64,000 bases of DNA from Octopus sinensis (taxonomy: Eukaryota): contig NC_043019.1 in NCBI RefSeq assembly GCF_006345805.1, forward strand, positions 12,399,360 to 12,463,359, given 5' to 3'. Position numbers and translations under genes: made by a program. The first letter of the stretch is position 1. Every line of letters begins with the position of its first letter. A model generated the notes under the pieces. That model searched no databases, had not been told where the DNA came from, and saw nothing but the letters and a program-made list of their open reading frames with translations. Below, piece after piece: positions 26,522-38,700 of the stretch.

Positions 26522-29500
26522 CTGCATACTTGCATACACACACACACACACACGCATATATATATATATGCATACATACATATATATAGGCATACATACA
26601 TATATATATATATGTAAATATATATATATATATATGCTCATACACACACAAGTACATAGGTATATATACATACACAGGAATGTATGAATGTATATATGTA
26701 TACACACACACACACACGTATAAATATGCAGCTATCCATACGCACATACATAAATATACATACATTTATATACATGCATATAAATATATAGGTGTATACA
26801 AGCTAAGTGAAATCGTGGTTGTCCTTGCATGCAGGCATGTCCCCTGCATCCCTCTTCATCTCAGCGATCCTAATTTTGCAGGGTTCTGGGTACTGGCGTC
26901 ACATAAAAAGCACCCATACCAGTTTCGTGTAAAAGCACCCATACCTATGTTGTGTAAGAGCACCCGGTACACTCTATGAAGGGGTTTGCATTAGGAAGGG
27001 CATCCAGCTGTAGAAACCATGCTAAGACTGGCATGGAACCTGGGCAGCCTCTTCTGCTGGTTGGCTCCTGTCAAAGCATCCAACCTATGCCAGCTAGGAG
27101 AGAAAAAAAAATAAATGCGCCCCTTTTAAAGCCTAGTCAGACTCATGGGCCCGGTTTCTAAGGCGTATATGTTCCCCAGCTGGACGGGACGCCAGCCCAT
27201 CGCAGCGTTACTCATTTTTGCCAGCTGAGTGGACTGGAGCAATGTAGAATGAAGTGTTTTGCTCAAGAACACAACACGTCGCCCGGTCCAGGAATCGAAA
27301 TCACAATCTTACGATCATGGTGCTGACACCCTAACCACTAAGCCACGCGCCTCAACTGCCAGCTAGGAGAACTGATGTTAAATTATGGTGATGCACACAC
27401 ACACACACTTCTTTTTCTTCATTGTTGCAACATCCACTTTGCCATGCCACTTTATCACCCACTATACCCCTGTATGTCCATACCCGCACAGGGTTTACTT
27501 CTAGACTAGTTACCACCGCGACCACCACCACCCCCTGTACACGCTGCCCTAATCCTCAATCCTATCTTCCATTGTAGATGATGCACCAACTACTCCAGCC
27601 AAATATGAACTGAAGGACGCTGAGTGGTACTGGGGCGAGTTATCAAGGTTTGTGTCTCCCTTCCTCCTCTCCCTTTTTTCTCTCTTTCTCTCACGCACAC
27701 ACACACGCACCTCCCCTCTCTTTGCTTTTTGTTCAGATCTAATCTATATTATTAGTGTTATTATGGCTGCAAGGTGGCAGAAACGTTAGCACGCCAGGCG
27801 AAATGCGTAGCCGTATTTTGTCTGCCACTACGTTCTGTGTTCAAATTCCGCCGAGGTCGACTTTTAAGTACCAGTTACACACTGGGGTCGATGTAATCGA
27901 CTTAATACCTATGTCTGTCCTTGTTTGTCCCCTCTGTGTTTAGCCCCTTGTGGGTACTAAATAAATAGGTATTTTGTCCTTCTTTATGTTCTGGGTTCAA
28001 ATTCCACCGAGCTCGATTTTTGCCCTTCAATCTTTTTTGGGGTCGTGAATTAGTTACCAGTCGTGTACTGAGGTCAATGTAACTGTCCTTCTCCCCCAAA
28101 ATTTCAGGCCTTGTGCCTATTGTAGATAATTTTATTATTATGTCAGCAAACTGGTAGAAATGTTAAGCCCACCAGACGAAATGCTTCGTCTGTCTGTATG
28201 TTCTGGGTTTAAATTCTACTGAGGTCAACTTCGCCTTTCATTCTTTTGGGGGTTGATAAAATAAGTACCAGTTGAGCACTGGGGTCATTGTAATTGGTTT
28301 AACCCTTCACCTGAAACTGTTACCCTTGTGTCAAAATTTGAGATAATTATTATTATTATTTCGCAGAGGTCAACTTTACTTTTATTCCTTTCGGGGTCGA
28401 TAAAATAAGCATCAGTTGAGCACTGAGATAAATGCAATCAATTTAACCCCCCCCCCCCCGAACTTGCTGGCCTTGTGCAAAATTTGGAAACCATTATTAT
28501 TAGGATTATTACTATTAAGGCTGCGAGCTGGCAGAACCATTAGCATGAAAGGCAAAATGCTTAAATTTCATTTCGTCCTTTAACATTCTGAACTCAAATT
28601 CTGCTGGGGTCAAATTTAATTTTCATGCTTTCAGAATTGATAAATTAAGTACCAGTGAAGCACTGGGGGCAATGTTATCGACTAGTCCCCTTCCCCCAAA
28701 ATTTCAGGCCTTGTGCCTTTAGTAGAAAGGCTGATTATTATTATTATTAATGTCATTATTATTATTATTATTTTTTTTTTTTTCTTATACCTAATTTTAT
28801 GTGTTGTTAATATTCCAGAGAAGAGGTAAATGATAAGCTGAAGGACACGTCAGATGGAACCTTTTTGGTTCGGGATGCCTCTACGCATGGTGACTACACT
28901 CTAACACTCAGGTAAGCAAGCCCCTCTCATTCTTCTACCCCTGTCTCTTTCCCCCCTCAATCCCTCCCTATCTCGCTTTTGCAGTCTGGTTGCAGAGAAA
29001 AAGACAACGGCAGTAAATGTGTAACCCTTTACCCTTCAGACCATTCCTTCAAGCGTAAACCTTATTTATTCATCTTGTTTTAAATTAATCATATATTATC
29101 TTACAACAGTGATGTGATTGTTATTTTTAGAATGACATTGTATGTTGAGTGTGAGAGGTTGGATCAGGCTAGTTTGATTGTAAACAAGTAAATTATTTGG
29201 GCCGGATGTGGCCAGTTTAAATGCTAAAGTGTTGATCATTTATTAAATTTGTCCCAAGTTTCTGAATTTTTTTATAATTGATTGAATTGATGTCTGGCCA
29301 TGGCAAATCTACCTCATTGAATTCCATCTAACTCATGCAGGCAGGGAAAAAATGGACGTAAAATTTTCTCCTGTTGTTTTATTCTGTTATTGAATCCTAT
29401 AGGGGTTCTATAAACAGTGACGCTGGTTGGATTTGAATCCTGAAACTAGAGGAATGTAATTAAACATGGATACTGCAGTGTTTTAAATTACAAGAAAACC

Positions 29501-32500
29501 AAAAGAAAAAAAGTGGAAGAAAGAAAGAAAATAGGTGTGGGTGTGGCTGTGTAGTAAGAAGCTTGCTTCCCAACCTTATGGTTCTGGGTTCAGTCCCACT
29601 ACATGACACCTTGGCCAAGTGTCTTCTACTATAACCTTGGGCTGACCAAAGCCTTGTGAGTGGATTTGGAAGTAGCCCATCTTTTATACCAAAATTGTGT
29701 TCATATATTTATGCCTCAGTGTCACTTTTATGGCATGCACTGCTCTCACTCAATTATAATAATAGTGAAATGGAACCAGTGCATGTGCTTATATTGGCAT
29801 ACTGACCTGCCCAAAGAGCAACAAAATCTGTTTCAAAACACAAATTCACATCAATAATCTTGCAAACCAAATAATTTATAAAAATACCAAGAAAACTATT
29901 TTCGTGAAATTTGAATGATAAAATCCTAATTGTTTAAAAACAAAATCTATAAAACTGAAATAATTTTGGAATTTTCAGGAAAGGCGGCAGCAATAAATTA
30001 ATAAAAATTTACCACAAAAACAACAAATACGGATTTGTTGAACCGTTAACTTTTGATTCGGTGGTCGAACTCATTGAACATTACCGCTACAATTCTCTGG
30101 CCATCTATAACCGAGCTCTTGATACTCAGCTGGAACACCCCGTCTGTAAACCAGGTCCGGTACGTATTAAAAAAATGCAAACACTTCTTTCTCTCTCCAT
30201 CTCGTAAAGTGTGAGAGTTTTGGTGAATCTGTCACACTTCCTCTTCACTTTTTATTCCACTCTTTTTTTTAAATTTTTGTTTAGTCTTCTGTTTGTTTTT
30301 GTTGTGTTTGAGGGTTTTATCCAACGTACTATATAAATTACAGAGTCCACCAAAACATGTATACACACTTCAGGAAAGGAAAAATTTGTGTCAGTAAATA
30401 TAAATACCTCTTTCAATGTATCCTTCAGCTTATCATTTACCTCTTCTATGGAATATTAACAATACATAAAATTAGGTATAATAATAATAATAATAATAAA
30501 TGCCCTGATGCAGTACCAGGCAGTGGCTCTCATGGCTTCTGATCTTAACTGATTGGAAGTGTTATCATGTACATTGTTTTGTCTTGGTATAAAAGATGGG
30601 CTACAGCAAATATTCTGCTCCACAGATTTGCTTGTCAGTTGTTTGACCTTAACCAGTTGAGTATGTCCCTTAGTGGCTGACGATATGTGCATCTCTGATC
30701 ACGAGCAGAAATAGTTGGGGAGCATCATAGCCGTGTGTTGAAAGAAATTCTTAGAGGTTTGGATAATTCACCTTCGGAAACATGGGTGGTTCGTTCAACA
30801 TCCTTAAACAATCCTAATTCAGGGACCTTTTGAGCAGGATGGGCTACTCGACCAGAAGAAAATTGTAACTGGGCCCCACCTGCAAGGTCATGCGCTGTTT
30901 ATCTTGATATGAGATCACCACGTCGTGCACATATGGTTGTGATGCATGTGCCTAGTGTACCCTTATCAGACGAGTAGTCATGATGGGTATACTGGGCTTT
31001 GTATATTTTACCCCAGTGTCACTTTGATGGCATGCACTGCTCTCTCACTCAATAATAATAATAATAATAATAATGATGATCCTTTCTACTAAAGGCACAA
31101 GGCCTGAAATTTTAGGGGAGGGGACTAGTCGATAACATCGACCCCAGTACTTCACTGGTATTTAACTTGATGATAATAATGATGATGATGATAATCCTTT
31201 CTACTATGGGTACAAGGCCTGAAGTTTGTGGGGTGGAGGCTGGTCGATTACATCAACTCGGGTGCAAATAAGTACCAGGCTTAAAATGTATGAACATAAA
31301 AGTACTGCAGGGGTTGATTTATCTGACTATTCAAGGCAGTGCTCCAGCATGGCCTCAGTTCAGTGATTGAAACAAGTGAAAGAAAGAACCAATAAAGTGA
31401 CATAAACCTCCTTGATAAAAAGAAAGTTCTAACGTTTGGCTTTTTTTCTTTTTTCTTCTCTTCTCTTCCCTCCCCTGCTCCTTTGTCCATTCCCGTTGGT
31501 GCCATCGCTGCTATTTACCAAATTCAGTATATAACAATTGGTGCCGACGCCCAGAAAGATGAGTTGGAGAAATTACTAAAGATCAACAAGGAATACCAAG
31601 AGAAGGCCAACTCCTTCGATCGTCTCTATGAAAACCATTCCAAAACGTCACAGGTAAGAACTTTGATCGAAACTCAACATAACCTTCCCAATCTCCGGCT
31701 TCCAAATCCTGTCTTTTGGCTGGGTGAAAATTATCAAACCTTAACCTCATCCATTTTTTTTTTTTTTTTCTGAAGAAAGTGAAATACCTGTTAAGATTGA
31801 GCTTGGAAAACTACATTAATGTATCAAATTAAAAAAATTTTTTAATAAATTTTGAATTTTAGAGAATTGACAGCCAAACCGAAAAAATCAGAAAATCACC
31901 AATGTCTCAAAGGAGTGAGTGTCGTGGAGTTTAGTTATATCCAACAAACACTAAAGTTTTTCCCAAAATCCAGGGTTTTTATAACTGCTCAACTTGACTT
32001 TAAAGAATTGAAATCACATACAAATATTCTTTACGAAACTTTTAGAATCTCTATATGAGCAGTTATATTAACCAATGGAAAAACGACAATAATATTTTTT
32101 CGGCAATACGACATTACGTCATATTGCCAGCTACCACATATTGGCGCCTTATTTTAAAATGGCTACTTGCAACAAATCCAATAAAGGATTTCTTGCTTGG
32201 AAAACAGGTAAGAGTTAGCATTTGGTAGGGTTTCCGGTTTGGCTGTAAAAAAAAAAATGGCAAAAATTTTTTTTAAATCCCCAAAGAATGCCATAACATA
32301 TTCATCCTACCCATACTTGAATGAACAGTGTTGATGATGAAATTCCTTGTGTGTCTTTTGCAGGAGTTACAGCTCAAAAGTCAGGCACTTGATGCATTCC
32401 GAGAAACATTATCAGTGTTTGAAGAACAGATAAAACTGCATGAGCGGCATCACAAAGATGCCCAAGCACATGAGGCACAAAAGTAAGCCCTTCTCTTCTC

Positions 32501-35500
32501 ACCCTTCTCTTCTCACCCTTCTCTTCTCACCCTTCTCTTCTCACCCTTCTCTTCTCACCCTTCTCTTCTCACCCTTCTCTTCTCACCCTTCTCTTCACCC
32601 TTCTCTTCTCACCCTTCTCTTCTCACCCTTCTCTTCTCACCCTTCTCTTCTCACCCTTCTCTTCTCACCCTTCTCTTCTCACCCTTCTCTTCTCACCCTT
32701 CTCTTCTCACCCTTCTCTTCTCACCCTTCTCTTCTCACCCTTCTCTTCTCACCCTTCTCTTCTCACCCTTCTCTTCTCACCTTCTCTTCTCACCCTTCTC
32801 TTCTCACCCTTCTCTTCTCACCCTTCTTCTTCTCACCCTTCTCTTCTCACCCTTCTCTTCTCACCCTTCTCTTCTCACCCTCTCTCTCACCCCTTCTCTT
32901 CTTCTCTTCTCACCTTCTCTTCTCACCCTTTCTCTCACCCCTTCTCTCTCTTCTCACCCTTCTTCTCACCCTTCTTCTCACCCTTCTTCTCACCCTTCTC
33001 TCTTCTCACCCTTCTCTTCTCACCCTTCCTTCTCACCCTTCTCTTCTCACCCTTCTCTCTCTTCTCACCCTTCTCTTCTTCTCACCCTTCTCTTCTCACC
33101 CTTCTCTTCTCCCCTTCTCTTCTCACCCTTCTCTTCTCCCCTTCTCTTCTCACCCTTCTCTTCTCACCCTTCTCTTCTCACCCTTCTCTTCTCACCTTCT
33201 CTTCTCACCCTTCTCTTCTCACCCCTTCTCTTCTCACCCTTCTCTTCTCACCTCTCTTCTCACCCTTCTCTTCTCACCCTTCTCTTCTCACCCTTCTCTT
33301 CTCACCCTTCTCTTCTCACCCTTCTCTTCTCACCCTTCTCTTCTCACCCTTCTCTTCTCACCCTTCTCTTCTCACCCTTCTCTTCTCACCCTTCTCTTCT
33401 CCCCCCTTCTCTTCTCACCCTTCTCTTCTCACCCTTCTCTTCTCACCCTTCTCTTCTCACCCTCTCTTCTCACCCTTCTCTTCTCACCCTTCTCTTCTCA
33501 CCCTTCTCTTCTCACCCTTCTCTTCTCACCCTTCTCTTCTCACCCTTCTCTTCTCACCCTTCTCTTCTCACCCTTCTCTTCTCACCCTTCTCTTCTCACC
33601 CTTCTCTTCTCACCCTTCTCTTCTCACCTTCTCTTCTCACCCTTCTCTTCTCACCCTTCTCTTCTCACCCTTCTCTCTCACCCCTTCTCTTCTCACCCTT
33701 CTCTTCTCACCCTTCTCTTCTCACCCTTCTCTTCTCACCCTTCTCTTCTCACCCTTCTCTTCTCACCCTTCTCTTCTCACCCCTTCTCTCTCACCCCTCT
33801 CTTCTCACCCTTCTCTTCTCACCCTTCTCTTCTCACCCTTCTCTTCTCACCCTTCTCTTCTCACCCTTCTCTTCTCACCCTTCTTCTCACCCTTCTCTTC
33901 ACCCTTCTCTTCTCACCCTTCTCTTCTCACCCTTCTCTTCTCACCCTTCTCTTCTCACCCTTCTCTTCTCACCCTTCTCTTCTCACCCTCTCTTCTCACC
34001 CTTCTCTTCTCACCCTTCTCTTCTCACCCTTCTCTTCTCACCCTTCTCTTCTCACCCTTCTCTTCTCACCCTTCTCTTCTCACCCTTCTCTTCTCACCCT
34101 TCTCTTCTCACCCTTCTCTTCTCACCCTTCTCTTCTCACCCATTCTCTACCCATTTTCTCTCCTTATTTCTTTATTACCCACAAGGAGCTAAACTTAGAG
34201 GGGACAAACAAGGACAGACAAACGGATTAAGTCGATTACATCGACCCCAGTGCATAACTGGTACTTATTTAATCGAACCCCCGAAAGGATGAAAGGCAAA
34301 GTCGACCTCGGCAGAATTTGAACTCAGAACGTAACGGTAGACGAAATACTTCTAAGTATTTCGCCCGGCGTGCTAACGATTCTGCCAGCTCGCCGCCTTT
34401 TCTCTCCTTGTCGCAGAGTTAACTGGGCTTCGGGTCGTTACATGAAGGGTTGGTTCTTGGTTTAAAGTTGGCTCGTGTTGAGCTGTTTGTATATCTTATA
34501 TCCCAGTCATGTGTACTTTGCTGTCACTCGGTACCACGGACTGTGCAGCTCAGCTTTTCTACTCTTTGTTAAATGCCAGTGTAGCTGTGTGAGTAGGCGC
34601 AGGTGTGGCTTTGTGGTAGGATGCTTGCTTCCCAACCACATGGTTCTGGGTTCAGTCCCACTGCATAGCATCTTGGGCAAGTATCTTTTACTATGTCCTT
34701 GAGCCAATCAAAGCCTTTTGAGTGGATTTGGTAGATGGAAACTGAAAGAGGTCTATCATATATATATATACGCATATGCACACACATGCATGTGTGCATG
34801 TCTGTGTTTGTTCCCCACCATTGCTTGACAACTGGTGTTGCTTTGTTTACATCCCTGCAACTTAACAGTTCGGCAAAGGAGACTGATAGAATGTGTCACA
34901 CTTCAGAAATAAGTAATGGGATCAATTTGTTCAACCAAAAGCCATTCAGCGTGGTGCCCCAGCATGGCTGCAGTAGTAGACATTAAAAATGATGATGATC
35001 CTCCATCCCAGCATTTTTTTTCTAATCTCACACCTTTACTTTTTCTTCTTTTAGGTTGCATGAGAACTTTGAGTTACTGAAACGCCGACTCAGCAGTATA
35101 ACGGAAAACCGGTTGCAGCTGACCATCGACATCCAGCAACAGACGCAGCGCAACAGGTCCTACATCAGTGAGATGAACAGTTTAAAACCAGAACTAAAAC
35201 GGCTGTGTAGGACTAGGGAGATGAGTAAAAAGTAAGTGCTGCTGCTGTTGGTGTTGTTATCGCTAGCCACTACACATTCTTTGTTTTCTCTCCCTGGTTT
35301 AATTTTGTGTTCCTTTCTGTGGAAGAGCAGAGGCTCGAAACGTTAAACACTTTTTTACTTCCTGAGCGTTATACTAATACATCTCTTTGTTGTCTACACC
35401 ACCTGTCTTTGTCTTTTGTTTTTTTGTGAATTCTCCCCCTATATATATATATACACACACACGCACGCACACACGCATATACATACAGTAATCCCTTGAC

Positions 35501-35713
35501 CATCGTGGGTATGTTCCACCCCGCCCCTACTCCCCTATGATACGTGAAAATCCACAAAGTAGAAACAGTACTGTAGTGTATATTTTTTTATTTTTATAAT
35601 TTGCATATATTAATTTTAATATAAATACAAAACGACACCACAGACGAATCAACGTGAGCTTAAATGATAAACCACGATATGGCAAGTGATTACTGTGTAT
35701 ATGTATGTATGTA

Positions 35714-35770
<57 letters not shown>

Positions 35771-38700
35771 ACAATTCACAAGTAAATAATTATAATTCAC
35801 ATAAATGGTTGTGTAAAGCACATTATCTCTTCTTTTTTACTCTCCACATTCTTTCATTCTCTCTCTCACTCATATCTTCTCTCATCTTTTCCACTGTCCC
35901 ACTCTTTCTATTTCTTTTTTCTCTTTGTAGCCCTCTCTCTCTCCTTCTCTCACTCTCTTCTTCCACTCTCTTTCTGGCTTTCTCTTTTCTTTTGCTCTTT
36001 CCCTATCTTACTTTACCACTTCCTCTTCCTCTCACCGTCTCACTCATTTCTACCTTTATCATTACAGATTATTACTTCAGAATGGTATGAGCCAAGACTT
36101 CTTAGATAACCAATTAGAAGGACGTAAAGAAAAGTAAGTCAACCACATTTTATTTTCTTTCTTCCCATCTTTTATATAACGGACTCTTTTGCTTTGTCTT
36201 ATGAACACACACACAAATTTACATATCTCAAATATTGATATTAACCTCTTAACATACAAGTTTTTTTTTTCAATTTCCTTGCAAAAAATATAATTTTTTA
36301 TTATTCATTTTGAATCTGTATATAAGGAAGAACAAATACACAAATTATTTTCATTCAGTTTATGATTTACTAGCATTATCGCCCGGCGTTGCTCGGGTTT
36401 GTTTTGACCCTTTAGAATTAGAATTTTTGAAAAGTAAATATTTTGCATTATGTAGCTTGTTATTCTCTTTAAGTGAACATTTTTCTGGTTGAAATACACC
36501 GAAAAATGGCGACACAGCAGTAAAAAAATCGTAAAAAATAGGGATTTTCATAGAAAAAAAGCACCTTTTTGATGTAAATAATTTTTGGTGTTAACATGGT
36601 CCGATTTGAATTTTATCTTCTACGGAAGGAAGAGCAAGCCTTCTTCTATCATACACTCAATTTTGGTCAACTTGCGCCGCAGGGTCTTGGAGGAGATAGT
36701 GTTAGTTGATGGCTACCAAACCTGACACACACAGACAACTTCAGCTTTATATATAGGGAGATTACGAAGTTACTGATAGAAATGATAGTTACTGATAGTT
36801 AATGATGGAAAATGGGAATAACATTATGAACGAAGTATTTCAGGATAGAAATAAGTGATGGATATCCTCAGAATTCTGTGGACGTATATTTTCAATGAAA
36901 TATATATTTACTAGACATCTCTGAACGAAAATATACAGGTTAATATGTCAAGAGGTTAATAAATCCAGCACCAATACAGTGGACGTTATCAATAAACATT
37001 TATATATTACTCTTTTTAATCTTTTACTTGTTTCAGTCATTTGACTGCGGCCATGCTGGAGCACCGCCTTTAATCGAGCAACTCGACCCCGGGACTTATT
37101 CTTTTTGTAAGCCCAGTACTTATTTTATCGGTCTCTTTTGCCGAACCACTAAGTAATGGGGACATAAACACACCAGCATCGGTTGTCAAGCAATGCTAGG
37201 GGGACAAATACAGACACACAAACACACACACGCATATATATATATATATATATACATATATACGACAGGCTTCTTTCAGTTTCCGTCTACCAAATCCACT
37301 CACAAGGCTTTGGTCGGCCCGAGGCTATAGGTGAAGACACTTGCCCAAGGTGCCACGCAGTGGGACTGAACCCGGAACCATGTGGTTGGTAAACAAGCTA
37401 CTTACCACACAGCCACTCCTGCGCCTGGTTTATGTTTAATAAGCGTCCCTGCCACAACAGGGACAGAAACAGGTGTCTTGCTGTGGAGGAGTTAGATGGC
37501 TACTCTTGTCAGAGAGAGAAAGAGAGGGAGATGGTAACAATGTGTTTGGGCATACCCTCAAGGTAAATGGGGTGATAGAAGATTGGACAGGGTATGTGAG
37601 CAGGGAATTCTTGAGAATGCAGAAGGAAAGGGAAATGCAGTGACTGGTAAAACACAGGTATATCGAGATCAAAAAGATAGCAGTGATAAAGTTGGTAAGT
37701 GGAAGTGCAAGAGAGATGACAGAGCTGTGTTGGGCTGCAAGAATTTGGGGAGAAAGGCAAGCGTTATGCATAAACAAGGGATGTAGTTTGGGTTCATAGG
37801 GACAAGGTGTGTGAACAATCGATCGATTGAGTGATTGCTAGACAGGTAAAACACAGGTATATCGGGATCAACAGGATAGCAGTGATAAAGTTGGTAAGTG
37901 GAAGTGCAAGAGAGATGACAGGGCTGTGTTGGGCTGCAAGAATTTGGGGAGTAAGGCAAGCGTTATGCATAAACAAGGGATGTAGTTTGGGTTCATAGGG
38001 ACAAGGTGTGTGAATAATCGATCGATTGAGTGATTGCTAGACAGGTAAAACACAGGTATATCGGGATCAAAAAGATAGCAGTGATAAGTGGAAGTGCAAG
38101 AGAGATGACAGAGCTGTGTTGGGCTGCAAGAATTGGGGAGAAAGGCAAACGTTATGCATAAACAAGGGATGTAGTTTGGGTTCATAGGGACAAGGTGTGT
38201 GAACAATCGATCGATTGTTGAGTGATTGCTAGACAGGTAGATAGTCATTATTAGAGAGAGCCACGCAGTGGGACTGAACCCGGGACCATGTGGTTGGTAG
38301 GCTAGCTACTAACCACACAGTCACTCCTGTGCCTATAACTATGATTATAATATTTTTCTTACATATTTCGCGTCACCTGATCATTACCGCATCGCCTTAC
38401 TGGCACTTGTGCTGGTGGCACGTGAAACATTCAAGCGAGGTCGATGCCAGTGCTGCTGGACTGGCTCCTGTGCATGTGGTACATAAAAAGCACCATTTGG
38501 ACGTGGCCACTGCCAGTACCACCAAACTGGCCCTCGTGCCGGTGGCACGTAAAAGCAACCACTACACTCTTGGAGTGGTTGGCGTTAGGAAGGGCATCCA
38601 GCTGTAGAAACTCTGCCAAATCAGATTGGAGTCTGGTTCGCCAGACCTCAGTCAAATCGTCCAACCTATGCTAGCATGGAAAGCGGATGTTAAACGATGA

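Noticed and set aside
27510-27536. [11 protein letters not shown]3-ligand-like frame just upstream of the nSH2 exon (possible p55/p50-type alternative exon)
   Set aside because: Wrong phase, with stops before the nSH2 exon and no usable splice sites.
32440-34230. 596-aa ORF
   Set aside because: Translation of a 14-bp satellite that lacks stops; the real exon ends at 32482.
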